Shown: in pieces, positions 10,343 to 18,773 of the stretch
How the letters are laid out: the number at the start of each line of letters is the position of its first letter
Numbering within the stretch: position 1 is the first letter of the stretch
From: a virus
Taxonomy: Duplodnaviria; Caudoviricetes
Length of the DNA stretch: 56,729 nt
Virus record (IMG/VR): IMGVR_UViG_3300021197_000610
Coordinates: 1-56,729 of that record
Strand: one strand, 5' to 3'
Notes under the pieces: generated by a model
Database searches by the model: none
What the model saw: the letters and a program-made list of their open reading frames with translations, nothing else
Told to the model about the DNA's origin: nothing
Program-made: the position numbers and the translations under genes

Positions 10343-10998
10343 TCTGCATACGCCCTCAATGCTGTCCATGACACGGGAAATAACTCTACCATATTATCTT
10401 CAATCTCTTCTGCAACATACCTTGTCTCAGCTTGTACATCAGGTTTTAATCGAAGTCCACACATTTTTGCAAAAGCATACAGTGAACCTGACCAATACCA
10501 CTCAGTCATCATAGACTGTGGCAACACCATACGTGCTTGCTCAGGTGCTACACCCATGTCAACTAACTTACTATAGTGTCTTACTAGATCAAGCATTCGT
10601 GACTTATAGCTTGACATATTAACATCAACTTCACCTTCACTACCTTGTTTCTTATCAGCACTACGTCCACGCCAAACATCTGGCTGATAAAACTCAGGCT
10701 CACTGTCAACGTAACGCCTACTGATTTCATTCCAAGGCATGTACTCATGTTTCTGTAGCTGACGTGCTACAAAGACCGGTGCTTTGACGTGAAAGGTGGC
10801 AAAGGCATGGTTAAATGGTGACTTGTGGTGATGTTTAGCCAAGTAAGATATTAGATTGGCATCTACAGCTTTTAACTCTTCTACACCAAAAATATGATCT
10901 GTAATCCTCATCTTAGACTCTTTACCAAAGCTAACTCTAGCTGCATTAACTACAGATAGATCATTACCCATGTGGTTAATGTACGTTACTTCAATCAT
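10339..10998 (-). CDS. thyX: Flavin-dependent thymidylate synthase
   Basis: VVNAARVS, HKSPF, ARQLQKH...NEISRRY, PEQARMVLP. Confidence 0.93.
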   Translation of the reverse strand: MIEVTYINHMGNDLSVVNAARVSFGKESKMRITDHIFGVEELKAVDANLISYLAKHHHKSPFNHAFATFHVKAPVFVARQLQKHEYMPWNEISRRYVDSEPEFYQPDVWRGRSADKKQGSEGEVDVNMSSYKSRMLDLVRHYSKLVDMGVAPEQARMVLPQSMMTEWYWSGSLYAFAKMCGLRLKPDVQAETRYVAEEIEDNMVELFPVSWTALRAYAE

Positions 10999-11075
10999 TT
11001 AAATACCCTCAACAAGCATATACAAAAATGGAGATAATGCTACGAACATTAAAAACAAAACAGTTAATGTTAATT

Positions 11076-11237
11076 TCATTGTAGTTTCTCCTTTCTGACT
11101 TCCTCTACACCTACTGCATGATACTGACCTGTCTCAAACATATCTAAGATAATTCTTTTGTCTTTTGCCCTTATGTAAAAACTTATATGACTATTGTCAT
11201 CTCTGTTCTTTTTTATTTTAACTAGGTATCTCTTCAT
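11076..11237 (-). CDS. Hypothetical protein
   Basis: ORF track (start refined to MKRYLV); ATGA coupling. Confidence 0.5.
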   Translation of the reverse strand: MKRYLVKIKKNRDDNSHISFYIRAKDKRIILDMFETGQYHAVGVEEVRKEKLQ

Positions 11238-11407
11238 TGCTGTACCTCTACTTCCAGACAAGCCACTGTCTCTGACTTGTGCGTTACCATCTTAGCTGCT
11301 TTACTTAATTCAATCTGGCACTCTTCTATCGTGGCATAATTGCCCAACTGATAATGCTCTACTGTTTGTGTACTAAACAGCTGCATCCATACTAATACGT
11401 ACATCAT
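11234..11407 (-). CDS. Small hypothetical protein (57 aa)
   Basis: Translated by hand (MMYVLVWMQL...EECQ...ACLEVEVQQ); AAGGAG RBS. Confidence 0.55.
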   Translation of the reverse strand: MMYVLVWMQLFSTQTVEHYQLGNYATIEECQIELSKAAKMVTHKSETVACLEVEVQQ

Positions 11408-11541
11408 TCTTCTGTCTCCTTTCCTTTATGTTTTTTCTTTCTAGGCACTACACCTTTCTTTCTGTCAGGTATAGCTTGTTGTTTATACTTAGGTTGCCGA
11501 AGGTCTTTTGCCATCGGATTTTTAATGTATCGGACCTTCAT
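11404..11541 (-). CDS. Small basic ArfA-like phage protein (45 aa)
   Basis: Translated by hand: MKVRYIKNPMAKDLRQPKYKQQAIPDRKKGVVPRKKKHKGKETEE. Confidence 0.5.
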   Translation of the reverse strand: MKVRYIKNPMAKDLRQPKYKQQAIPDRKKGVVPRKKKHKGKETEE

Positions 11542-11713
11542 ACCAATCATCCCAATCTTTTTCAAGCTCGTTGTGAAACCTGATGTCAGCCGCCATTAAG
11601 AAAAATAAGGCTGCAAGTTCCATCGAATACTCATCTTCTATCTTACCTTCTGCAAATAGCTTACCATATTTCTCAAAAGTTTCTATAGGTACTTTTCTAT
11701 CTTTTTTGCTCAT
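11522..11713 (-). CDS. Hypothetical protein
   Basis: ORF track; ATGA overlap with the integrase stop. Confidence 0.55.
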   Translation of the reverse strand: MSKKDRKVPIETFEKYGKLFAEGKIEDEYSMELAALFFLMAADIRFHNELEKDWDDWYEGPIH

Positions 11714-12618
11714 TCCCTTTGTCTCCTCTCCAATGCAGACTTTGCAGTCTTCAAACTAAATTTGTTGTACGGATTCAAACTCTGTACATTCTTGTGACCA
11801 GACACCGATTGTATTGCCAGATGGTCAACTCCACTCTCTATCATTTGTACGATTGCGGTCTTACGCAGATCACCTACTCTTAGATCATCAGGAAGGCAAG
11901 CAATAGCTTTTACCTTCGACAGTAGGTCTGTCATCTGATAAACCGTTAGTGGTCTGTAGGCATTGTCTTGTGGGCGGTGATGAGGAACTACATAAGGTTG
12001 AAAGTCCCAATCCTCTTTCTGCTGACGTAGCATGGCTATCAGGTTGTCTGGAATAGGTAGCTCAACTGTAGCACCACGTTTAGTTTGAGTAATTGTAACT
12101 ACACCCGAATCAAAATCAAGTTGATCCCAAGTCAGGTTGCGTATGTCTATGGGACGTTGTCCCCACTCATAACACATCATTACAACCAGTCCGATGTTAC
12201 GCCACTCAAATTTTAGGAATGCTGTGTCGAGAAATGATAGTACTTGGTCATGTGTCCATACTACAGAACGTGGCTCACTGGTACGTTTATGTACCCTAGC
12301 CATAGGGTTAGATGTAATTTTTTCCATGTTAATCATGTAGTTCATAACTACAGAAAAAATACGAGCATTGTGATTTGCATTAGCTGTCGATGTCTCTAGC
12401 TCCCAAGTATCATATACTTCGGTACACAAGGGTACATTTAGATTTTTGATACTGATGTTGCCTAGTATCCTACCGCCTATAGGCAGACGACAGAAGGCGT
12501 GTAAGGATGTCTCATAGCCTTTTTGAGTAGAGGCTGCGAGTGATGCAAATTGTCTAGTATGTAAGTACTCATCTACTGCTGTTCTAAATTTCATATCTTT
12601 CCTATCCAATGGGAACAA
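11710..12618 (-). CDS. int: Tyrosine recombinase/integrase
   Basis: GQRPIDI (R), TKRG (K), GDLRKT (HxxR variant), SGH, and the catalytic Tyr in LNPY. Confidence 0.88.
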   Translation of the reverse strand: MFPLDRKDMKFRTAVDEYLHTRQFASLAASTQKGYETSLHAFCRLPIGGRILGNISIKNLNVPLCTEVYDTWELETSTANANHNARIFSVVMNYMINMEKITSNPMARVHKRTSEPRSVVWTHDQVLSFLDTAFLKFEWRNIGLVVMMCYEWGQRPIDIRNLTWDQLDFDSGVVTITQTKRGATVELPIPDNLIAMLRQQKEDWDFQPYVVPHHRPQDNAYRPLTVYQMTDLLSKVKAIACLPDDLRVGDLRKTAIVQMIESGVDHLAIQSVSGHKNVQSLNPYNKFSLKTAKSALERRQRE

Positions 12619-12677
12619 TCGTCATGTGGATCATCTACTGGTTCCATAGGCTCCTCCTACCTCAAGGAACCTATAGT

Positions 12678-12740
12678 TATACTTAAAGTATTTATTATTA
12701 CTATAGTAAATAATAGATACCTAAAGTTACTTTAAGTATA
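12678..12740. repeat. AT-rich site with ACTTAAAGT/ACTTTAAGT repeats, copy A
   Basis: ACTTAAAGT 12681-12689, CCTAAAGT 12720-12727, ACTTTAAGT 12729-12737. Confidence 0.6.
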
Positions 12741-12770
12741 TAAAATAGATGCTTTGAGCATTATGTCAAG

Positions 12771-13739
12771 TTAGTATAGATATTTTTTACCTACTCGGTA
12801 CGCATAATTATCGTTATAGTTGTAATAATGTGACATATCATCTATTTGACACTCCTCCATAAGTTGCTGTGGAGTGAATCCGTACTGGTCTAGCATCTCG
12901 GCAACCCTCGTAGGGTAGTCAATAACAAGTCTCTCCAAGCTATCTATATTCTCATCGTCCTTGCCGTAGTTGTAGCCGTACTTGTCAGTACCTTTCCAGA
13001 TGTCATCTACTACCGATGGGTCACGTTCAAACACTAGACCAGACCAGTCAGCTTGACATAGTGCAATCAGTAAATCATCAGCATATTCAAGGTCTTGTAT
13101 CTCATTCTTAGTGTGCTGATTGTAGTAGCCAACACTGATATTAGTACACTCAGATACGATGTCAGCATACTCATTACTGTCGGTGTAAGACCCACCATCA
13201 TCAGGCTGTAGTAGTGGCATTTTTACAACACTAGCAAAAGATTTTGCAAAGGTGTCCGATGCGGTACGCATACCCATCTGGTGGGTAATCACAGACTTCT
13301 GACCATAACGATCAAACGAAATAACTGCATCTAGTTGATCAAGCCACTTAGGTTTGTAGGATACAAGACTTGTACTACCCTGACATCCAGACTCCTCTGC
13401 TGCATGAATAACATACACACCCTCAATGCCATGCTCAATCATACCTAGTATGAGCCAGATACCAGTAGTACAGTCAGCACCTAGACAATTAGAGTCAGCA
13501 TTATTAGATACGGACAGTACGTCATTGGTAACAATGAGCTTTTGTAAGCCACCCTGTCTGTGTACAGTGTCATGGTGTGCAGTAAAGCACAGATTAGGTT
13601 TGTCACCTATGATGTGGATATAGTTGCCAAAAGCATCAGGCTTACCGAATGTAGGTTCAAGAAACCTCCGACAAAATTTACGTTGTGTCTTACTGCCCTC
13701 AGGTCTTCTGTAAGTCATCATTTCTACTAGACTATACAT
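12771..13739 (-). CDS. M28/M20-clan zinc peptidase-like protein
   Basis: AHHDTV, LGADC, AAEESG, SFDR, YTD, GYYNQH metal-ligand pattern. Confidence 0.8.
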   Translation of the reverse strand: MYSLVEMMTYRRPEGSKTQRKFCRRFLEPTFGKPDAFGNYIHIIGDKPNLCFTAHHDTVHRQGGLQKLIVTNDVLSVSNNADSNCLGADCTTGIWLILGMIEHGIEGVYVIHAAEESGCQGSTSLVSYKPKWLDQLDAVISFDRYGQKSVITHQMGMRTASDTFAKSFASVVKMPLLQPDDGGSYTDSNEYADIVSECTNISVGYYNQHTKNEIQDLEYADDLLIALCQADWSGLVFERDPSVVDDIWKGTDKYGYNYGKDDENIDSLERLVIDYPTRVAEMLDQYGFTPQQLMEECQIDDMSHYYNYNDNYAYRVGKKYLY

Positions 13740-15349
13740 TAGTCATTCTCCTCTTTATTTTTCCATACATTATCATCTAGATCTTTTACAAGACCCTCTT
13801 CTTTTGCTTCTTCTATTGAGATAGAGTCACCATTGTCAGTAGTGGCTAGCTGATCTGAAGCATAACACTCACCATTACCATCAGATATGAAGTAGTCACC
13901 GTCAACTATACACTGTTGACCTACATAGACATCTTCATCTTCACAGTAGTAACATAAGTCAACGTGCCAAGTATTGTTATCAGGATCACAGAATATGAAC
14001 TCATCACCACACTCTACACAACCCTCATACACACGTTCTTTTTCATAGCCATGACTGCCGTAGTTACTAGGCACATACACAATCATAGTCTCATTGATGT
14101 GACAATCACGATCTGCCCACTCACAGTAGATGTGATCCTCATAGTAACAATCAGAACAATAACTCTCTTCATTGTACTCACTGAAGTATCTGTCATCCTC
14201 ATGGACACCCTCACCACAACGAGCACAGTGACAATCATGCCCATCAAGTATGCCCTGATAGCTATTGGCATCAATGTCACCATCATCACTGATGATAAGG
14301 TACTGATCATTGTCACACAATCTACGAGGTTCTAAGTCAAGGTATGGTGCATAGTACCCATCATTATCTTCAACTTTGTTACGAGCTAGCTTTGCACCAA
14401 CCCAGTCACCATCCGTACCATACTGACCGTCAGTGGCATGGATCTTATCTGCTAGCATATCTATTGCTTGTTCAGACACACCATAGATGGGAGCACCCAA
14501 GTATTTTCCATCGGGCATGACACGAACCACACAACGAGATGCAATCTTACCATCTTGGTCTTCTGTCCATAACATCTTGAAGTCACCACTTGCATATGCT
14601 GCAACTGGATGCTTAGGCAAGTTATCAAAGCTGTACCGCATACATGATGATGCACTAGACTTACGTCTATAACTGGTTTTGATGTTGTCAGTAGGAGCTT
14701 GCTCCCATGAGTATGCTTTGACAAAGTCTTTGGCATCTGTACCCTCCTTGAGGATTAGATCACGTTGAATAAACCTATCCATATAATTATCGGTAAGCTC
14801 AATAATTTGTTTGTGATCAAGCTCAGGACATATCATTTGAAACGCACGAGCTGGCTTCATTGCCACTTCTCGGTCACGATCAAACCTGTCTTGAGCATTT
14901 TGATACATGGCAATCTTAGGAGCAAACCTATGAGATCTGCGAGGACGGAACGCACGAAGTCGGATAGCCAACTTGAACTCGACTGCATAGAACGAGCCTA
15001 GTAATATAAGAATCTCTCTCTCAAGAAAATCTATCAAGGCTCTATCATCTATGTTGAACATCTCAACATCTTCATAGTCACCCCACTGTTTTAGTACAGG
15101 GTCAGTCTCATCTGGTACTGAGTAGTCACGAGTAACTACAAAGCCATGATCATGTGGGTAGGTGATACGAAAAGATATCCCATTGACCTCGACAGAACAA
15201 TGGGCAAGTTTTCTCCTACCATCTTGCATATAATACTGAGTATTATCTACATCGTAAAACTTGTGAGTCTCAAGATGCTTGGTAATATCTGGTAGATATT
15301 CATCTGCACGATCAGGTTGTGCTACCATTATTTGAAACTTATCAGACAT
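13739..15349 (-). CDS. Early protein with C-terminal Cys/Zn-ribbon-like repeats
   Basis: SSCMR..HPVAAY..SRCVV..PYLD core followed by CxxC repeats (CARC, CSDC, CVEC, CYYC). Confidence 0.65.
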   Translation of the reverse strand: MSDKFQIMVAQPDRADEYLPDITKHLETHKFYDVDNTQYYMQDGRRKLAHCSVEVNGISFRITYPHDHGFVVTRDYSVPDETDPVLKQWGDYEDVEMFNIDDRALIDFLEREILILLGSFYAVEFKLAIRLRAFRPRRSHRFAPKIAMYQNAQDRFDRDREVAMKPARAFQMICPELDHKQIIELTDNYMDRFIQRDLILKEGTDAKDFVKAYSWEQAPTDNIKTSYRRKSSASSCMRYSFDNLPKHPVAAYASGDFKMLWTEDQDGKIASRCVVRVMPDGKYLGAPIYGVSEQAIDMLADKIHATDGQYGTDGDWVGAKLARNKVEDNDGYYAPYLDLEPRRLCDNDQYLIISDDGDIDANSYQGILDGHDCHCARCGEGVHEDDRYFSEYNEESYCSDCYYEDHIYCEWADRDCHINETMIVYVPSNYGSHGYEKERVYEGCVECGDEFIFCDPDNNTWHVDLCYYCEDEDVYVGQQCIVDGDYFISDGNGECYASDQLATTDNGDSISIEEAKEEGLVKDLDDNVWKNKEEND

Positions 15350-15350
15350 G

Positions 15351-15845
15351 TCATTTCCTCCATTCTGGTTCTCTACCCCAACGCCATGTCAAGGTAATGT
15401 TACGTTCTTTCCAACGATCATTCATATACATTTGATATGCTTTGTGCACATCACTAACATCTGAATAATCAACTCCACGTTCTAAATTTCTGGCACAATT
15501 AGCAAATGGTGTCAACTCCTCATTTGGAAAATTGCCTACATCACTATACTCATCTAAGTAAGGTATGAGATTACCTGACTTGTGTTTGTTGCCACCTTTC
15601 TGTAAATACAGATGAGACATATGAGACAGTAACCATTTGAAATTGCTACGAGATTTTCTTGCCCACTTGCTACATGGATGATTGATGTAAGCAAGTTTGT
15701 AGACAGGCAAGGTAGTGTCAGGATCTAGCCAACGCACTGCGGTAGACAACATCTGTGCAGACTCAAGAATCATCTTGTTCTTACGGATGTCATCTAGCCA
15801 CCATGCTGACTGCATCGGACACCGAGACAGTGCAAATATATTCAT
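15351..15845 (-). CDS. Pyrimidine-dimer DNA glycosylase (DenV-like family) protein
   Basis: MNIF.L...P...A......KMILESAQMLSTA...NHPCSKW.R....N..WL. Confidence 0.7.
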   Translation of the reverse strand: MNIFALSRCPMQSAWWLDDIRKNKMILESAQMLSTAVRWLDPDTTLPVYKLAYINHPCSKWARKSRSNFKWLLSHMSHLYLQKGGNKHKSGNLIPYLDEYSDVGNFPNEELTPFANCARNLERGVDYSDVSDVHKAYQMYMNDRWKERNITLTWRWGREPEWRK

Positions 15846-15853
15846 TAGACCTC

Positions 15854-16201
15854 CTAATTAAATAGTTGACGAATGTTTGAGAGTATCTGATCATACCTCT
15901 CAACAGACATCTCAAGCTCTTTAATACGTTTGTTTTTCTTGAGAATTTCTAACGTCATCTCTCCATTCTTAACTCGAACACTCTTGAAGTGTAACACCTC
16001 ACGTTTTTGCAAAATTGGCTGCAAAAATTCAGTAGCCATGTTACGATTAAAGAACTTGTTACGATAGCCAAGGCTCTTACGCCACCTACAGATTTGACTT
16101 CGGTTTACACCGAACTCAGCTGAAGTGTGATCAATAGTGTGGTTCTCATAGAACTTGCACACCTTATGCTTGAACTCAGTTGTATGTATTGTCTTACCCA
16201 T
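15854..16201 (-). CDS. HTH plus coiled-coil protein, possible regulator
   Basis: HTTEFK...TSAEFGVNRSQICRWRK helix-turn-helix; C-terminal heptad pattern. Confidence 0.6.
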   Translation of the reverse strand: MGKTIHTTEFKHKVCKFYENHTIDHTSAEFGVNRSQICRWRKSLGYRNKFFNRNMATEFLQPILQKREVLHFKSVRVKNGEMTLEILKKNKRIKELEMSVERYDQILSNIRQLFN

Positions 16202-16340
16202 TTTAACCTCCTAAGTTTACTGCTTGGGTTCTACTTTTACGTTTCTAACACCTTTTGATTTTAGAAACAATGCTGTTTTCTCACCACAAGCTCGTGGTGC
16301 AAAACAAATGCGTATACCATCTACGCATATCCAGACGTAC

Positions 16341-16661
16341 TCAGACAAGAGAATAGACCTGTTTGGTCACGTCATAATCTGCACAGACCCACCCACCAGT
16401 GAATGACATTCTGTCCAGACCAAGAGTAGGATTAGCCAACTTCAGTCTACTTACGCAGTCCTCAAGGCTAGCCCCTGATATTTGAACAGGTATATCTTTA
16501 ACACCGTTATGATATACGCCATCCAAAAGATAATAAAAAGGCTCATCGACATTGCCGAAAGCCTCAGCTACCTGAGCATAAGCATACCGCAAATATCTCA
16601 GACGTTTATTGTGATGAAGCACTTTCTTTTCTTCGTCTTCGTCCACGTTATTATTCACCAT
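16341..16661 (-). CDS. Hypothetical early protein
   Basis: ORF track; co-oriented with the early arm. Confidence 0.5.
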   Translation of the reverse strand: MVNNNVDEDEEKKVLHHNKRLRYLRYAYAQVAEAFGNVDEPFYYLLDGVYHNGVKDIPVQISGASLEDCVSRLKLANPTLGLDRMSFTGGWVCADYDVTKQVYSLV

Positions 16662-16877
16662 TTATTCATATGCCTCCTCTATTATAGTCCATTGCAAGTT
16701 TAAATTTTCCACGTTGTGATACTCATTTATCGTACCTTTGTCACCGTGAAACTGTGGCGGTTCAGCACTGCAAACAACCACACGATAAACAGTATCGTAC
16801 AGGTTTACAGGAGGAGTACCGTGACAAGAATAGTCAAGTCTCCACACGTCACCGCAATCATTCGTTCGTATAATCAT
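16662..16877 (-). CDS. Hypothetical early protein
   Basis: ORF track; co-oriented. Confidence 0.5.
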   Translation of the reverse strand: MIIRTNDCGDVWRLDYSCHGTPPVNLYDTVYRVVVCSAEPPQFHGDKGTINEYHNVENLNLQWTIIEEAYE

Positions 16878-17035
16878 GTCTTACAGCCTTTCTACATTAC
16901 TTCATGAGGGTGCATCCATCCAAAGGGAGATCATTTGTGTTGAAAAAAAATTACGGATACACCCACAAAAAGTAATGCTGAACATTGGAAAACACCCAAC
17001 ACACTAGCATTGGGTGCTTATCCGATGGTCAACCA

Positions 17036-17530
17036 CTAGGCAACTACAGCCTTGAGTTTCTTGACCATATCAGACGGCACACTGTCTCCATCCTTCAACC
17101 CATCTTGACGTCTTTTCTCAGCTCTAGCAATAAGAGCATGGATCATATCGTCAAGGTTCAGGGGCTTGTACTCAGGCTCAGGCTTGAACTCCCAGTAGGG
17201 AGTGTCGATAGCAGCTCGAGCATCACTCTTGCTGATCTTGGTACGGTTCTTGTGATATACAAAACAGCTTTCGTCTGTATCCCACACAAAGGTCAAGAAG
17301 CTCTCGACCCACGCCTTGACCGCATTAGAACGCCAACCACTAGGCAAGCTATCAAGCAGAGCATTAGTTTGACGAACAGCAACCGTAACATCATTAGTCT
17401 CATTCCAAAGCACAGCAATAGAAGCAAGCACACGATGCGTGTCGGCTTGCAGCTTAGAGCCACGAGAAGCAATAGACGCAATCATTTTGTCGATTGCAAC
17501 GTCAGTTTTGATAAGTGTAATTTTAGCCAT
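17036..17530 (-). CDS. First early gene, hypothetical phage protein
   Basis: Strong AGGAGGT RBS; IASIASRG..L....H and PYWEFKPE motifs resemble early proteins of other podoviruses. Confidence 0.75.
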   Translation of the reverse strand: MAKITLIKTDVAIDKMIASIASRGSKLQADTHRVLASIAVLWNETNDVTVAVRQTNALLDSLPSGWRSNAVKAWVESFLTFVWDTDESCFVYHKNRTKISKSDARAAIDTPYWEFKPEPEYKPLNLDDMIHALIARAEKRRQDGLKDGDSVPSDMVKKLKAVVA

Positions 17531-18054
17531 GTAAACCTCCTACGATCTAGCTATACAACCTACCCACCATGAGTAAGCTGTACAAGCTAGACCGAGAGCC
17601 ACACAAAAACCACAGCATGTGCAGCTCTAGGGTTCACTTGTGACGGCATGGGTGCATCTCAGCATATATCCCCAAGTACTAGCAAAGGTTGTCCGACCAT
17701 TCTAGCAATACCGCCAAATATAAAACTCAAAGCACCGACTACGAAAGAATTGACAAGTATCGCATAGCACAATTGAATTGCACACTAGCATTGATACAAA
17801 CGCATCTAACAAGTCGGAACTCGCAAACCCTACCGTCACCCCACCGCACGCAAGAATTAGTCGCACGTCTGGACTTACAGCACTATCTTATTGGACGGCA
17901 TCACACCGCCACCGATAGGGCATTGAGCCACGCCAAAGGCGTGTATGTAAACGCAAGGTTGATCCTACAGCACTCCCTAGACCCATCACGGGCTAGATGC
18001 GAGTAGTAGACCCTGCTAGTCGATAAAGGCCGACTGGCCGTTCCGAATAATTAG

Positions 18055-18082
18055 AGAATACAGCAATTGACCGAGATGTAAA
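18055..18082 (-). promoter_or_regulatory. Candidate leftward early sigma70 promoter
   Basis: Minus strand TTTACA-N16-TATTCT. Confidence 0.4.
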
Positions 18083-18088
18083 TAGGTG

Positions 18089-18101
18089 TAAGCTATTGAT
18101 T
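18089..18101 (-). promoter_or_regulatory. IHF consensus site
   Basis: AATCAATAGCTTA matches WATCAANNNNTTR exactly. Confidence 0.55.
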
Positions 18102-18154
18102 TTAAACGATAATACATATTTTATTTATTGAATATGTTATTGGTTTCTCTGTTT

Positions 18155-18198
18155 GTTCTCATTGTGTTCTATGTTAGTGATTCGTTCCTGATTCGTTC
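18155..18198. promoter_or_regulatory. Two alphaproteobacterial LexA (SOS) boxes
   Basis: GTTC-TCATTGT-GTTC at 18155-18169 and GTTC-CTGATTC-GTTC at 18184-18198. Confidence 0.7.
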
Positions 18199-18218
18199 TC
18201 ATATGCCCAAAGTTTCTA

Positions 18219-18289
18219 CGTTATGTTATAACATTACATACTTGCAGAGTCCGAATGTGTGACATTTTGATATTTGTTATGTTATAACA
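18219..18289. promoter_or_regulatory. Two Zur-like boxes
   Basis: CGTTATGTTATAACA at 18219-18233 and TGTTATGTTATAACA at 18275-18289, versus the consensus TGTTATA-N-TATAACA. Confidence 0.55.
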
Positions 18290-18354
18290 TAGCATTTGCC
18301 ACACACCACAATCACACATTGTATAGAAAAGCCTTTATATTCAAACATTTATAT

Positions 18355-18409
18355 ATTCAGATATGTGAATATGTTTTCTGATAGTTGTGACACATTCAAA
18401 TATTCGAAT
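18355..18409. promoter_or_regulatory. Two ATTC-N8-GAAT palindromes (ArsR/SqrR-like operators)
   Basis: ATTC-AGATATGT-GAAT at 18355-18370 and ATTC-AAATATTC-GAAT at 18394-18409. Confidence 0.45.
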
Positions 18410-18502
18410 ATGTAGGGGCATGGGACAGGGTAGGGGTCATGGTATGCGTTTATAGCCAATGACAGAGATGTGATTTTTTAGTTTTGGACAAAATGCCGCA
18501 CC

Positions 18503-18545
18503 TAAACGTGATCACAGGCTGTTATCTACTTTAAATGTGATCACA
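18503..18545. repeat. Paired TAAAYGTGATCACA operator-like repeats
   Basis: Copies at 18503-18516 and 18532-18545 with a palindromic GTGATCAC core. Confidence 0.55.
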
Positions 18546-18587
18546 AATATAAAAATCAATAATAATAAAAATATTTTTGTTTACCCC

Positions 18588-18617
18588 TTGACCTCGGGGC
18601 ATAGAGTATTATATAAT
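18588..18617 (+). promoter_or_regulatory. Candidate rightward sigma70 promoter
   Basis: TTGACC-N18-TATAAT preceded by an AT-rich UP-like tract. Confidence 0.5.
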
Positions 18618-18618
18618 A

Positions 18619-18725
18619 CATAAAGTAATATTACTTTAAGTACCTCTATGTAACTTAAAGTAACCTTAAGTTTCTATTATCTCTTATATATTAATAGTTA
18701 TTATATACTTTAAGGTACTTAAAGT
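18619..18725. repeat. AT-rich site with ACTTAAAGT/ACTTTAAGT repeats, copy B (origin-like)
   Basis: Repeats at 18633, 18653, 18663, 18707 and 18717 flank an almost pure AT spacer. Confidence 0.6.
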
Positions 18726-18773
18726 AGTACATTATAGACGTAGAAAGTTTTTTCTGTCGTCCCATTTAATGTA

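Noticed and set aside
12797-12824. dif-like sequence GGTACGCATAA-TTATCG-TTATAGTTGTA near the integrase
   Set aside because: The XerC-like arm is close to E. coli dif, but the XerD arm is poor. It lies inside Asn/Tyr-rich coding sequence, so it is probably chance.
15854-16201. IS3-type transposase OrfA
   Set aside because: Only an HTH is present, with no DDE ORF or inverted repeats.
16985-17572. 195-aa plus-strand ORF and other antisense ORFs in the track (e.g. 2913-3296, 36691-37983, 48046-48438)
   Set aside because: They are shadow frames of well-supported genes on the opposite strand.
17689-18006. 105-aa plus-strand ORF in the non-coding region
   Set aside because: TTG start, no clear RBS, atypical composition, and antisense to the early arm.
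18485-18500. RegA/PrrA-like box TGGACAAAATGCCGCA
   Set aside because: Single, partial match to a degenerate consensus.
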